A stretch of 64,000 nt of DNA from an uncultured archaeon (GTDB lineage Archaea; Aenigmatarchaeota; Aenigmatarchaeia; QMZP01; JAFGSV01): the NCBI GenBank assembly GCA_964559215.1, contig CAZLFZ010000002.1:18195-82194 (forward strand), in the 5' to 3' direction. Each line of letters begins with the position of its first letter. Within the stretch, counting starts at the first letter, position 1. The notes under the pieces were generated by a model, which saw only the letters and a list, made by a program, of their open reading frames with translations, searched no databases and had not been told where the DNA came from. The position numbers and the translations under genes are program-made. Shown one piece after another: positions 37,231 to 48,800 of this stretch.

Positions 37231-38178
37231 TCACTTGTTAATCTTCATGAACTGCGCCAGCAGGGCCTCAAGCTGGACTTCAGGCGTTCCTCCCTGGTTG
37301 AGCCTGAACTCGTACTCACCGAGCTTTTCAATCAGTTGCAGCCTCTTTTTGTCATCGATCTCTAGCCGGAAGATCTGGGAATGCATGGCCCGGATGATGT
37401 CGTCACCAGCAAGTCCCTGGGAGATCAGCATGTCGTACAATCGCTTTCTCGCTTCTGCAAAGTTGCCTTTCAAAGCCAGTTGCACCATCTCGGCCACGTC
37501 CTCGGGCTTGACCTTGGCGACCACCTCGTATACGCCGTCCCTGTCAATCTTGGGCAAGGTTGAGCACGCCTGCAAGATGTTAAGGGACTTTCTCATGTCG
37601 CCAGCAGAAATCTCGAAAATGGCATCGTAGGCGTCTTCGCTGACCTTGAGCTTTTCTTCTTTGGCTATTCTGCTGAGATAGGTTTTCACGTCAGGCTTCT
37701 TCAGTCTCTTGAACCTGAAAACCGAGCACCTGGATTGCAGAGGCTCGATGATACGGCTCGAATAGTTGCACGAAAGGATAAATCTGCAGACGTCCGAGAA
37801 CCTCTCCATGGTCCTCCTCAGGGCTTGCTGGGCCTCGGGGGTGAGGGAATCCGATTCGTCCAGGAATATTATCTTGAAATCGCTGCCTATCGGCTTCATC
37901 CTGGCGAAGTCCTTTATCCGGCCCCTGACCACGTCTATCCCGCGCTGGTCACTCGCGTTGGTCTCCTGGAAGTTCTCTCTCCAGTGGGGACCGAACAGCT
38001 CCCTGGCAAGGCACAGCGCCGCCGTTGTCTTTCCAACGCCCGCGGAGCCCGCAAACAACATGTTGGGTATGCTGCCCTGTTTAACCCAGGCCTTGAGCCT
38101 GTCAACAACATGCACCTGGTTAACAATCTCGCCCAGTTTCTTGGGCCTGTATTTCTCGGTCCAAACCTGCAGAGACAT
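37231..38178 (-). CDS. rfcS: Replication factor C small subunit (no intein)
   Basis: WTEKYRP, GVGKTT, NASDQRG, DESD, AQQALRRTME, QSRC. Confidence 0.96.
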   Translation of the reverse strand: MSLQVWTEKYRPKKLGEIVNQVHVVDRLKAWVKQGSIPNMLFAGSAGVGKTTAALCLARELFGPHWRENFQETNASDQRGIDVVRGRIKDFARMKPIGSDFKIIFLDESDSLTPEAQQALRRTMERFSDVCRFILSCNYSSRIIEPLQSRCSVFRFKRLKKPDVKTYLSRIAKEEKLKVSEDAYDAIFEISAGDMRKSLNILQACSTLPKIDRDGVYEVVAKVKPEDVAEMVQLALKGNFAEARKRLYDMLISQGLAGDDIIRAMHSQIFRLEIDDKKRLQLIEKLGEYEFRLNQGGTPEVQLEALLAQFMKINK

Positions 38179-38275
38179 AACAAAAATAATCCCTCGTGAT
38201 TTAAATTTGAATTGTTGTTTTAAAGCAGCGGCCCTGTATTAAAGCATAAATAATGCCCGCAAACTTATTATTATT

Positions 38276-40168
38276 ATGCTCAAAAGCATAACCTTCATCC
38301 TTGTGCTCCTCACATGCTTTACGTGCTTGCCTCATGCTTCCGCCCTGTTAATAGCAGACCCTGAGAACGTCACGTACATGTTGGCTGAGGTGACGCAGTC
38401 CGGTAATCTGAAGCTCAATTCGAAATCGGGGGCCTCACTGGCGGAAGAGCTGAGGCTGAGCATTTACATCCCTCAGAATGATTCCAGGCAGAAATCCGGT
38501 ATCACCAAGGTCATAGGCCCTGACAGTTATAGAATAGGCGAGGACAAGCACGGGAATGCGCAAATAATCCTGGAGTGGGAGAATCCGCCCCTGGACTGCA
38601 ATATCAGCTACCTCGTGGAGATGCGAGTCGAGGTAGAATCAAAATCAAGCCGGGCAAGCAGGGATTTTCGGGTGACACCACTTGTCATGCCCTCGGCCAA
38701 GATAATAGAGACAGCGTACATGGTCGCCGGCGGGCAGAACAGCGTTGAAAAAATGCTTTCAGTCGGTGCGTGGGTCAAGGAGCATGTGAAATACGACATG
38801 GCATGGGAGAATGTAACCCTGGCCGCGGGATGGGTACATGAACATGGAAGGGGGACCTGCGACGAGTATTCCAACCTGTATCTATCGATGCTCAAGGTGC
38901 TGGGATACAGGTCATGGTATGTTGCTGGTTTTGCATATCTTGGGGGGGAGAAGGGGTGTTCCGGCTCTTTCGGTGCACACGCCTGGGCCGAGGCGGAGCT
39001 GGACGGGAAAACATACAGCATAGACCCGACCTGGGCGGAGTCTCCCGTGGACGCCACCCACATAAGCATGGCAAGGCTGCCGGATTCCAACTTCACCGAA
39101 CTCACAGAGGCAAAGAGCAGGGACGTCAAGATAGAATGGGAGAAGCTCGAAACCAGGATTAATTTGCTCGATTACAGGGAAGATCCCAGAATCGATATAA
39201 AATTGGAGGTTGTGCCAGAGACCGTCCAGAGCGGAAAAAACGTGCTTGTTATGGCAGACCTGCTGGCGGATGGCTGCGTGCTCAGCATGATCAACTTGGG
39301 CTCCTGCGTCAGCACAGAAGACGGGCATCCCCTTATCGACATAGCTCAGCCGAAAAAATCTGTTGTGTTTTGCGGCAGGAAAACGGAGTACTGGACGGCA
39401 GCTGCCCCTGGAATAAAGGCGGGGATGATGTACAGGTGCCCCCTTTCAGCAGGCGCTGGGGGAGCCAGGACAGGGGCCAAACTCTCAATTTCGCAAGGCA
39501 TCAGCCCAGGAATCGAACTTGGCGTGTCCACGCAAAAAATACTCGTCCCTGGACAGTCACTGCTCGTTTCGGTCACCGCGAAAAATCCTGGGTTCGGGAA
39601 TCAGGAATTAAGAATTTTCAACATCCTTGACGACCAGATACAGGAAAAGCAGATAAGTCTGGCGGGCAAGGGTTCTGGCAGCCTCAAGTTCGAGCTGACC
39701 GCCCCTCAGAGCGCAGGAAACTACACGCTGACGGCTTTCTCAAGCAGCGGGGACCTGCTTACAGAGACGATAACGGTCATCACCGCTCGGCATATCAAGA
39801 TAACCGAAATTTCGATTCCGGCAAAAATGGAACTGGGGGAAAGCAAAATGATCAACGTGACGTTAAGGAATTTTGGCGAGAGCACGCAAGGGCTGCTGAA
39901 AATTCAAATTTCGGGATACGCTGATTCCAGGACGATCGAAATGGAAGAGAACGGCAGCAAAAGCGTGGGCTTCTCTTACGCTCCAAGCACCGCGGGCGAA
40001 AAGGTGATGAGCATCGCCCTGCTGGACAGCCTTGGCGTGTATCAGGACGCCTGGGTGGGCCACATCGAGGCAGCCCGGGCTTTGTCATTCAAGGAAAGCA
40101 TAGCAAAGCAGATAGAAGATTTCTTCTCCTGGCTTTTCGAGAGCATCCGCTCTATTTTCGGGTTCTAG
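38276..40168 (+). CDS. Secreted transglutaminase-like domain protein with Ig-like domains
   Basis: GTCDEY, HAWAE, DPT catalytic triad motifs. Confidence 0.88.
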   Translation: MLKSITFILVLLTCFTCLPHASALLIADPENVTYMLAEVTQSGNLKLNSKSGASLAEELRLSIYIPQNDSRQKSGITKVIGPDSYRIGEDKHGNAQIILEWENPPLDCNISYLVEMRVEVESKSSRASRDFRVTPLVMPSAKIIETAYMVAGGQNSVEKMLSVGAWVKEHVKYDMAWENVTLAAGWVHEHGRGTCDEYSNLYLSMLKVLGYRSWYVAGFAYLGGEKGCSGSFGAHAWAEAELDGKTYSIDPTWAESPVDATHISMARLPDSNFTELTEAKSRDVKIEWEKLETRINLLDYREDPRIDIKLEVVPETVQSGKNVLVMADLLADGCVLSMINLGSCVSTEDGHPLIDIAQPKKSVVFCGRKTEYWTAAAPGIKAGMMYRCPLSAGAGGARTGAKLSISQGISPGIELGVSTQKILVPGQSLLVSVTAKNPGFGNQELRIFNILDDQIQEKQISLAGKGSGSLKFELTAPQSAGNYTLTAFSSSGDLLTETITVITARHIKITEISIPAKMELGESKMINVTLRNFGESTQGLLKIQISGYADSRTIEMEENGSKSVGFSYAPSTAGEKVMSIALLDSLGVYQDAWVGHIEAARALSFKESIAKQIEDFFSWLFESIRSIFGF

Positions 40169-40332
40169 AACGTATACCTTTGAGAGGATGGCCGAGGTTC
40201 CCAATGATACGGCCTTGGCAATGATAACGTAGTTTTATAAAATTTCAATTAATCTGCTGATATGGATATGAATAATGCAGAGGTATCAAGTAAAATTGAA
40301 AGTGGTGAGTATAGAAAAATATTCCTTACATT

Positions 40333-40536
40333 ATGTGTAATTGTACAGATTGTCCGATGCGTGAAGGATACATTCCTGTAAATGGCAACTGTGTTGATTT
40401 TAATTTTAAAACAATAAATCCTGATGGAATGAAGGGGCATGAGCATGCAGTTTACGAGGGTATGACAGAAAGGTGTGAACATGCAGTCATAACGTCTGGA
40501 GAATTGAAAGGTGTGTTCTGTGCATACCCAAAATAA
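40333..40536 (+). CDS. Small Cys-rich hypothetical protein
   Basis: MCNCTDCP...; AT-rich; start uncertain. Confidence 0.4.
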   Translation: MCNCTDCPMREGYIPVNGNCVDFNFKTINPDGMKGHEHAVYEGMTERCEHAVITSGELKGVFCAYPK

Positions 40537-40599
40537 TTTTATCCAGCACCCGGGGATTAAAAATAAGCATTTTTAAGCTTTCTTTGTTTTGATAATAAA

Positions 40600-41394
40600 A
40601 TGAAAGCGAGTCCGTTGAAATTCGTCACCGGAAAGCCAGCGCTGCTGATTGGAAAAAGCCTGATTATCGCGGACCTGCATCTAGGGATAGAAAGGGAATT
40701 CTACCAGTCAGGGATCAAATTCCCCTCGCAGACGGAGAAGATAAAAAAGAGAATCGATGCCCTGGTAAAAACAGCGAGGCCTTCCAGACTCATCCTTCTG
40801 GGAGACGTGAAGCACAAGGTCCCTGGGATTTCCTTGCAGGAACTGAGGGAGATACCGGAATTCCTGGGACATTTTTCAAAAAAACTCGAGGTTGAGATAG
40901 TCCCCGGGAACCACGACGCGGGGATTGAAAAATTCGTTCCGCCCGGCGTAAAGATCCATCCCAGCTCCGGTTTTAAATTGGGTGACGTTTATCTGAATCA
41001 CGGCCACACCTGGCCCAGCCCGGATTTCCTTGAATGCAGGCAGATAGTGATCGGGCACCAGCACCCGCTAGTGGAATTCAGGGACAAGCTCAGGTACAGG
41101 TTCGTTGAACCGGTCTGGACCAAGGGGAGGCTGAACAGGGAAAAAATCAAATGCCGTTATAAAAAAATAATAAATAATAATAAAAATCCAGGCCCCCTGC
41201 CCGACGTGGTCATAATGCCGGCCTTCAACGAGGTGGCCGGAGGGGTCGCGATAAACGGCAAAACAGACCGGGAATTCATGAAAAAATTCATAGGGCCTGT
41301 GATAAAGGCTGTTGATGATAAAACAGTCAGGATCTATCTGTTGGACGGGACATACCTAGGCAGGCTTGCGGACATAAAAAAGGCCAAACTTTAA
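40600..41394 (+). CDS. Metallophosphoesterase (ICC-like)
   Basis: ADLHLG, LGDVKH, GNHD, HGH, GHQHP, MPAFN. Confidence 0.92.
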   Translation: MKASPLKFVTGKPALLIGKSLIIADLHLGIEREFYQSGIKFPSQTEKIKKRIDALVKTARPSRLILLGDVKHKVPGISLQELREIPEFLGHFSKKLEVEIVPGNHDAGIEKFVPPGVKIHPSSGFKLGDVYLNHGHTWPSPDFLECRQIVIGHQHPLVEFRDKLRYRFVEPVWTKGRLNREKIKCRYKKIINNNKNPGPLPDVVIMPAFNEVAGGVAINGKTDREFMKKFIGPVIKAVDDKTVRIYLLDGTYLGRLADIKKAKL

Positions 41395-41420
41395 TTAAAC
41401 TCGGGAATGGAAATAATATT

Positions 41421-42770
41421 ATGTACTCGGGAAAAATGCGGGAAATATTGAAAAAGAAGGGAATAAAGGTCGGGGGCAGGATTATCGTGGAAAAGGCTGG
41501 CAGGCGATACACCGGCATCCTGATGCCCAGGATAGAGCTCGGGAACAGGAACTGTATCGTGATAAAACTTGATAATGGTTATAATGTGGGCATCGATTGC
41601 AAGAATGCGAAGGTATCGAAATCCAAGACTCCCGAGCCGTTAGCCGTGCTTGAGGAGGAAGAATTCGAGCTTGGCAGGGTCAAGCCAGAGCTGGCAAAGG
41701 TGAAGTTCAAAAAGAACAAGCCCCAGGTATCCATCATCACGACGGGAGGGACCATAACAAGCAGGGTGGACTACAAGACAGGCGGCGTGACCGCCCTGAT
41801 GAGCCCTGAAGAGATGCTGTATAACATCCCTGAACTGGCGGATTTCGTCAGCCTGCGTATGCTGAACCCCTTCAGCATAATGAGCGAGAGCATGACCCAC
41901 CTGCACTGGCAAAAACTGGCCAAGGTTGTGGCCAGTGAGCTGAAAAAGAGCAAGGGCGTTATAGTCACGCACGGGACGGATACATTGCATTTCACGGCCG
42001 CGACCCTTTCATTCATGCTTCCTGATTTGGGCAAACCCGTTGTTCTTGTAGGGGCGCAGAGGTCAACCGACAGGGGATCGAGCGACGGTGCATTCAACCT
42101 GATTTGCGGCGCAAGGGTCGCCCTGTCTAACATGGCCGCGGTGGGGATATGCATGCACGGGACCATGAGCGACGATTACTGCATATTCACGAGGGGGACG
42201 AAGGTGCGCAAGATGCATGCAAGCAGGAGGGATGCATTCAGGCCCATAAACGACCTGCCCCTGGCAAAGGTCTGGCCTGACGGCAAGATTGAAAAGATGC
42301 AAAAAGTCCCCGCCCGCAGCAATAGCGTTGCAAAGGCCGATACCGCATTCGAGCCAAAGGTCGCGTTGATAAAATCATACCCCGGCTGCAGTCCTGGCAT
42401 AATAGATTATTATGTCGGTAAGGGATACAGGGGCCTTGTCCTGGAGGCAACGGGTCTTGGACAGCTACCCACATACGGAAAAGTTTCCTGGATTAGCAGC
42501 ATAAAGCATGCGACGGAAAAGGGCGTGCTTGTTTGCGGGGCCGCCGAGACATTGTACGGCAGGCTGAACCCGAATGTCTACTCAGAGGGCAGGATGTGCA
42601 GGGAGGCCGGAGTCTTGTATCTGCAGGACATGCTGCCGGAGACGGCTTACGTGAAGCTCGGCTGGGTGCTCGGGCATGTTAAAAGCGTTGAAAAGGCAAA
42701 GGAGATGATGCTCACCGATTATGCCGGAGAGATAACGAAAAGAACCTTGCCGAGAACGTTTCTGATCTGA
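41421..42770 (+). CDS. gatD: Glu-tRNA(Gln) amidotransferase subunit D
   Basis: KLDNGYNVG, TGGTI, HGTDT, GAQRS.DR.SSD. Confidence 0.96.
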   Translation: MYSGKMREILKKKGIKVGGRIIVEKAGRRYTGILMPRIELGNRNCIVIKLDNGYNVGIDCKNAKVSKSKTPEPLAVLEEEEFELGRVKPELAKVKFKKNKPQVSIITTGGTITSRVDYKTGGVTALMSPEEMLYNIPELADFVSLRMLNPFSIMSESMTHLHWQKLAKVVASELKKSKGVIVTHGTDTLHFTAATLSFMLPDLGKPVVLVGAQRSTDRGSSDGAFNLICGARVALSNMAAVGICMHGTMSDDYCIFTRGTKVRKMHASRRDAFRPINDLPLAKVWPDGKIEKMQKVPARSNSVAKADTAFEPKVALIKSYPGCSPGIIDYYVGKGYRGLVLEATGLGQLPTYGKVSWISSIKHATEKGVLVCGAAETLYGRLNPNVYSEGRMCREAGVLYLQDMLPETAYVKLGWVLGHVKSVEKAKEMMLTDYAGEITKRTLPRTFLI

Positions 42771-42810
42771 ATCAAAAATGTAAGAAATATACAGGAAGTA
42801 TAGGCACGAA

Positions 42811-43272
42811 TTACAGCAAATTTCCATTTTTGTCGATTTCGCCTTTTCTTATCCTGGCATCGGAGATGGGCTTTCCGTCATCAGCAAGGACCCATCCTAT
42901 TTCGATGATTTTCAAGGGTGACAGACCTTTGTCCTTTCTGATGTCATTTATTTTCTCGGCGTTTGGCCTGGTTTGATGTGAAACGATTATATGCGTCAAT
43001 TTGGGCCTTAAACCGGGGGTGAAGGGGTCTTCTATCTTGACTATCTCTGCTTTTTTAATCCAATTTTTCTCTTTTAGAAATTCAAGCAGACTGTGCTTTC
43101 TTTTTTCAAAACTCTCTATTTTCTCAGACAGGGATTTGCTTTTCACGAACGCATCTGACGTTATGCAGACCAGAACCTTGTCCCCTGTCTCAAAGGCTTT
43201 CTGGATTAGTGTCTTGTGGCCGAGATGCAAATTATCGAAAGTCCCCCCGATGACGACATGGCTCAGGCTCAT
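42811..43272 (-). CDS. coaD: Phosphopantetheine adenylyltransferase (archaeal type)
   Basis: GGTFDNLHLGH, ISDARIRKGEID. Confidence 0.9.
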   Translation of the reverse strand: MSLSHVVIGGTFDNLHLGHKTLIQKAFETGDKVLVCITSDAFVKSKSLSEKIESFEKRKHSLLEFLKEKNWIKKAEIVKIEDPFTPGLRPKLTHIIVSHQTRPNAEKINDIRKDKGLSPLKIIEIGWVLADDGKPISDARIRKGEIDKNGNLL

Positions 43273-43307
43273 AATTATATTTATCATATATAATCTAAAA
43301 ATAAGTT

Positions 43308-44222
43308 ATGGCAAAAATAATTGCTGGCTCTAGCTCATCCGAGCTCGCACTAAAGATATCTGCCATGGCTAAAATCCCTGTGATACAGAAAATCATCAGG
43401 AAATTCCCAGACGGAGAAACATATGTGAAATTGGAGCGCAGCAATTTTAAGGGCGAAAAGGTTTTTATAATCCATTCTTTATACCCCGCACAGAATGAAA
43501 GTCTGATCGAATTGTTTCTGACGATTGACATGGTCAAGGAAAACGGCGGCCACCCGTATCTTGTAATACCGTATTTCGCATACGGCCGGCAGGACAAGGT
43601 CTTCCAGCCTGGAGAGGCATTTTCCCTTAAAAGCCTTGGCAAAATCCTGCACTCGCTCGGCCCCGAAAAAATAATAACGGTCGATGCCCATTTTTACCGC
43701 CAGACAGGAGATTTCGATTTTTTCGGTACAAAAGCGACAAACGTCTCTGCAGTTACATTACAAATTTCGCACGCAAAAAAAATCATCAGGGGTGAATTTT
43801 CTGTCGCTGGTCCGGACGAGGGTTCAAAAGATTTCTTGTCGGGAATGAAAGATGCCATCTTCCTGCGAAAGGAGAAATACTGCCCAGTTTGCAAGATGCC
43901 GGCAACAAAATGCGAATGCAAAACACCCGTGAAAAAATACGTGATTAAAACAGTGGTTCCGGAAAATCTTGCTAACAAGAACGTACTTCTTCTTGATGAC
44001 ATGATAACCACTGGCTCAACTGTAATAGAAGCCGCAAAAGCCCTCAAGGCAAAAAACAACAAGGTTTTTGTTTCCTGCACCCACGGCTTGTTCCTTGGCG
44101 ATTCGCTTAAAACGTTAAAGAAATACGCTGATTGCGTTTTCGCCACAGACACCGTTAAATCAGAGGTCAGCAAAATCTCTGTTGCTGCATTGCTGGCGGA
44201 AGAAATAAAGAAGATGGTTTGA
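43308..44222 (+). CDS. prs: Ribose-phosphate pyrophosphokinase
   Basis: FPDGE, PYFAYGRQD, PDEG, DDMITTGST, CTHG. Confidence 0.93.
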   Translation: MAKIIAGSSSSELALKISAMAKIPVIQKIIRKFPDGETYVKLERSNFKGEKVFIIHSLYPAQNESLIELFLTIDMVKENGGHPYLVIPYFAYGRQDKVFQPGEAFSLKSLGKILHSLGPEKIITVDAHFYRQTGDFDFFGTKATNVSAVTLQISHAKKIIRGEFSVAGPDEGSKDFLSGMKDAIFLRKEKYCPVCKMPATKCECKTPVKKYVIKTVVPENLANKNVLLLDDMITTGSTVIEAAKALKAKNNKVFVSCTHGLFLGDSLKTLKKYADCVFATDTVKSEVSKISVAALLAEEIKKMV

Positions 44223-44288
44223 GTCCTTCCTGTACTATGAAGATTCCTGTTCAAATCCTAGAGAACTTCCAGGACTTTCGGATGAAGG

Positions 44289-45851
44289 CTAAGGCTCACT
44301 TTGCTCACCGAGGTCCTGCTTGACGGTTTCCAGCACCGAGGCTCCTCCGCCCCCCGCCTTCCTGAATTTTTTCAGATAAACCACAGCAGCCAGTACCACC
44401 AGTACCGCCACTATAGCTACTCCCGCTACCAATGTCCAGGGGATTTCCTCGAGGCCTGGTACAGCGGAAGGTGCCGCCGATTTCTCCTTGCATGCGAGCG
44501 TTGATGAGTCGCAGCCGTAGGTGCATGCTTCAATCGTGTCCCATTTCGTTCCGTCTGCCGAGCACTGCTGCAGGTTGTTCCCACTACACCTCTTCGTGCT
44601 GGCTGTGCAAATTTGCGTAGGTGCCGAGGGTGCCTCTTCTTCCAGAGATGCCGCGTATATCTCTGAACTCATGTCGTTCAGGACCGCATTGCTTTTCTGA
44701 CCGCTCACTTCATAAGTGACCGTTATCTCCTGGTCCAGGCTTATTTCTGGGTACAGGATGACCCAGGATGGGTCTTCTTCGGCTATCTCCACACTGGCAC
44801 CAGGAGCGGTTACCGTAACAAGGCTTGCGTTATTAGCGAAAGTCTTGGGAACGCTTTCGAAAAGTATAAAGTCCCTGACCTTTTTCTCTCCAGAGTATTT
44901 CATTTTGGTTGTTATCCTTGAATTCGTACCGGTATAATTGAACATCCTTGTAGCTGAAATGTTAGAAGTTATGCTGGCTGAAATCCTCAGCAAGTTTTCC
45001 TTTGCCTGCTCACTTAACTTTCCTTTTGCCAAGACTTTTTCTATTGCAGCCAGCAGTTTGGTGTTGTTCCTCAAGCCGACTCCAGGAACAAGCGTCGGTC
45101 TTTGTGTCCTGTTTTGTGGTAATCCACCTAAGGATGGCCCTGAAGGACCGCGTCCAGAGGGTCCCTCCTCTTCTGTGACATCTATAGGAATATTTATGGT
45201 TTTTGAATCCGCATTTGATGATGATATGTATATTTGTATGTTAGAATCAGAGATGCCACTGCCAAAGCTTATCGTCCATGATGTGCCCCAATTTTCATCA
45301 GAATCCAGAGCAGATTCGGTTTGTGTGAGGCTGTCTGTAGTAGAGACGCCACTAGGCAAAGTTAATGTTGCGCTGACGTCATTGGCCGCTGTTTCCCCCG
45401 AATTCTTTATATTCAGATTTATCGTGCTGAAGCCGCTCGGGTCAGAATAGGAGGTTGGTGAATAGGAGTTTATCTCGATGTTGGGCGGCAATACGATGTT
45501 AAATAGACTAGAGGCTTTATCCTCCCCCGAACATCCTTCTGAAACACTAACAGACACCTTTTGTCCTGTTGCCTTGCCAGAGCTGATCACGGTTGTCCAG
45601 GAAACACTTGATTTACCGGTTACAGATTTTGTTTCGCTTTCCGTCACGCTACATACAGGGCAATCATCTAAGTTAAGGTATGCCTGATTACACGATCCTG
45701 ACCAGTCAGAAGCAGTCACGGTGAACGTCTTCCCTTTCATGACAGTTCCTGGATCCGCACCGGCCTGTGTCACCGTAACCGACATCGCGGCCTGAACATT
45801 CGGGACCAGCATCAAAGAGACAAAAAGCGCAAAAATGTATCTCATTTCCAT
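44289..45851 (-). CDS. Secreted surface protein with Cys-rich module and C-terminal TM anchor
   Basis: Signal peptide, CARDB-like domain, ICT..KRC....QQC....W....C.YGC module. Confidence 0.82.
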   Translation of the reverse strand: MEMRYIFALFVSLMLVPNVQAAMSVTVTQAGADPGTVMKGKTFTVTASDWSGSCNQAYLNLDDCPVCSVTESETKSVTGKSSVSWTTVISSGKATGQKVSVSVSEGCSGEDKASSLFNIVLPPNIEINSYSPTSYSDPSGFSTINLNIKNSGETAANDVSATLTLPSGVSTTDSLTQTESALDSDENWGTSWTISFGSGISDSNIQIYISSSNADSKTINIPIDVTEEEGPSGRGPSGPSLGGLPQNRTQRPTLVPGVGLRNNTKLLAAIEKVLAKGKLSEQAKENLLRISASITSNISATRMFNYTGTNSRITTKMKYSGEKKVRDFILFESVPKTFANNASLVTVTAPGASVEIAEEDPSWVILYPEISLDQEITVTYEVSGQKSNAVLNDMSSEIYAASLEEEAPSAPTQICTASTKRCSGNNLQQCSADGTKWDTIEACTYGCDSSTLACKEKSAAPSAVPGLEEIPWTLVAGVAIVAVLVVLAAVVYLKKFRKAGGGGASVLETVKQDLGEQSEP

Positions 45852-48800
45852 TTTTCCTCACCAACTCTGAACCAGCTGTTGACAATTTCTACGGACCCTG
45901 TATAATTGGCTTCTATCCTGACCATGTAGTCACCTTCACTCCATTTATCAGCGGGGTGGTTTATTTTCAATATACCGTATCCATCGGGGCCTGTTACATT
46001 CTTAACATTCGTGATGGTATAGCCTGCACCCTCCTGCAGCAGGTTGGAACCGAACATACCGCACAGCATGACCGATTTAACCGAAAGCACCGTGTTTTGT
46101 TTTGGTGTCTGATCAAAGTCATATGCCCTCAAAAGGAATGTTACGTTCTCGTCTTCTTTTATCTCCCATTTGTCTTTAACCAGCAATGCATCCGTCACGT
46201 TGAATTCCAATATTCTCCACTCAGGTTGTTCTTCCCAGGATGCATTTTCAATCCACTCATCGAATCTTATATTTCCCGACCATATCCCGATTGGGAGATT
46301 GCCCCAGTTTTCCCTTGTGCTTCCCAGTTCTGTGGAATTGAAGTCATAGTAGTCTGAAAATGCTGGTTGCCCTATGCTTTCGTTTCTCCACCAGTCTTCT
46401 GTTATCTGCAGGTCGTCATCAACCAAAATGTTGGTTAGGTTTTGTTCGCCATCATCCCTGTCGTCAAAGAGCACGGCGTAGAATGTTTTGTTAATAGCCC
46501 CGTCCATATTAAAATCGACGCCCATTTCCGTTTCTTTGAAAACTTTAAAGTAGCTGTTTGTGTTGTCTCTCTGTCTCACGTCTACCAGAGGCCTCGAACC
46601 AATTACAGAATGGTTTGCTATTATCAAACCTTCCCATGGACCTGGGCCTATTTTTGCAAGATACAAGTCTGTTGCAAAGGATTCGCCCATCGCCGCGCTC
46701 ACGGCATTGGAGAAATTGCCGTCTGTGTCAAACCATGCTACTTTCGCACACTCTTCCATCTCCCAGTTGTCGCACATCGGATAGTTTTGAGTACCGCCAG
46801 CCAATATGATATCGTAATAAACGCCCCATATGCTGACATTGGGCATGTAACCCCATTCAATGCCCCATTCTTGGTTGTTGGTGTCATTCCTCATTGGCTT
46901 GATAACACTTGAGTTCACCCCAGGCACTCCGAAGGATGCCCTGTAGCAAGGGCCACCACACCCTGACTCATCATAAATATCTATCCTTAATACAGTCAAG
47001 TTGTAGGTCTTGCCTTGAACGTCGAGTAAAAGTGAGTCTCCTTCAGTATAATTCGTTTCGCTGCCGGTGAAGTTGCAGCTGGTGTCGTTACTGTACAAGA
47101 GTTGATCGTCATGACTGTAAAGGTAATAGCGATCCTCTTCGTGGTCTCTTAATAGGGTACAGTTGCTCCAGTTAGCTGCGCACATTGAAGGCGGGACGCA
47201 TTCTTCAGGACCAAACCCAAACGGGTCCGCATGCGTAAGTATGCCCTCGACAATGTTGCTCTCGTTTCTCCTGTCCGCTCTTATTCGGGCAACTTCACCG
47301 TAATTTTCCCAATCGAATCGAAGCGTTGGCAATTCTTTGAAGGAGCTGACATAGTGTGCATCCCCCGTGTGGCTATCAACAAGGAATGCTCTCATCGTTG
47401 CCCTCGGCCATTTCCACTCATCCAATTTCTCAACATCGCCGTCCTTTTTGGCTTCCACGCTGAATATGTACTCTCCCGCCGATGGGTATCCGAGCTCTGT
47501 GAGATTAATCTCGATTTCGTCTATATCGCTTATCGACTTGTTGGGTATGGTTGAAGTTAACTCGACAAATTGGGTGCCCTGCTCATCCTTGATTTTTAAC
47601 CAATGTATGGAAACATTGGCCGTTGTCGGCTGGCCTGCAGGGGTTCTCACGATTATCGGTATTTTTATCTTACTGCCGATCTTGAATTCTCCAAGCTCTC
47701 CCCAGTCACCCTTCTCCTTGGAGTATAACTTTATTCTGTTCGCACTCGCATCAATGCTTAAAAGTGTCACCGTGTCGTTGAATCCGAAGGTCCTCGTTGC
47801 TTTATTTGAATCAATGGGTATTATCTGAGACGTATTGGTGAAGTTTTCATCTAAAGAATAGAAGAACGTGTCGTAAATGGACTTTGTCACATTATCCGAT
47901 AAAGCAAAGACCAGGCTCGTATTCTTAAGTCCGTCCCCATTCAAATCGAGACCGCTTGCACCTTCTTTGCCCCATTTTCCCAAATATTCTTCCTCGATCT
48001 TGCCTATAAGAATTGTCCCGCTCTTCGAGAGGTTTGTATTGATGTATATCCCGCTCCCGGAGAGTACATTAACGCCTGTTAGTTCCACAACCCTCTTCGT
48101 CAGTTTCTTTACTTTCCACTCACCACCATAAGGATCGGTGATTATCTCGTTAATCCTTTTACCCATTTCTCCCGTGAAATCCAGATCTTTGCTCATAAAC
48201 AGGTTGGTGGTGTTGTGATAAATGTAAACGGGCTTCGAGTTATTGATTCCCAGTTCCTCCCCGATCCATTCATCTTGAATCAGGTCTCTATAACCATGAT
48301 AAATCTCCGTATAGTCAGAATTCGCGGGTTTCAGTGAGTATTGAATTTGATCGCAACCTTGAGGGCCGCAATTCATCTCAGCCTCTCCGCAGATCCTTCC
48401 ATCGGCGTGCCTTACGGCCACCATCCTCTCATCATTTGCATCGCTGACGCTTACAACACTCCAGTTCCTGCTGGAGAAATTGTAGAATACGCTGCCATTC
48501 ACCAGGGGTTCTGATGTGTTTAAATTTCCAGTTTCGTTTACCCATATGGCCGTTGAATTGGAAACGACGTAAACGGTTGTTTCGTTTACGCAGTCCTGAT
48601 ACGTTTGATGCCATTCTCCCTGAAGGCCTATACAGAATTTATTCCCATAGTTCTTGGAATATTTTTCTGACACCGTGATATTTATCGATTCGCCGTTAAT
48701 GGAGATTATATTTTTGGTATTGCCGGGTGCTATCCTGATTTTTTCTTCATCATCTTCCCCGTTGACATCCTTGCCAACGTCTATGACGTACCATTCAGTG

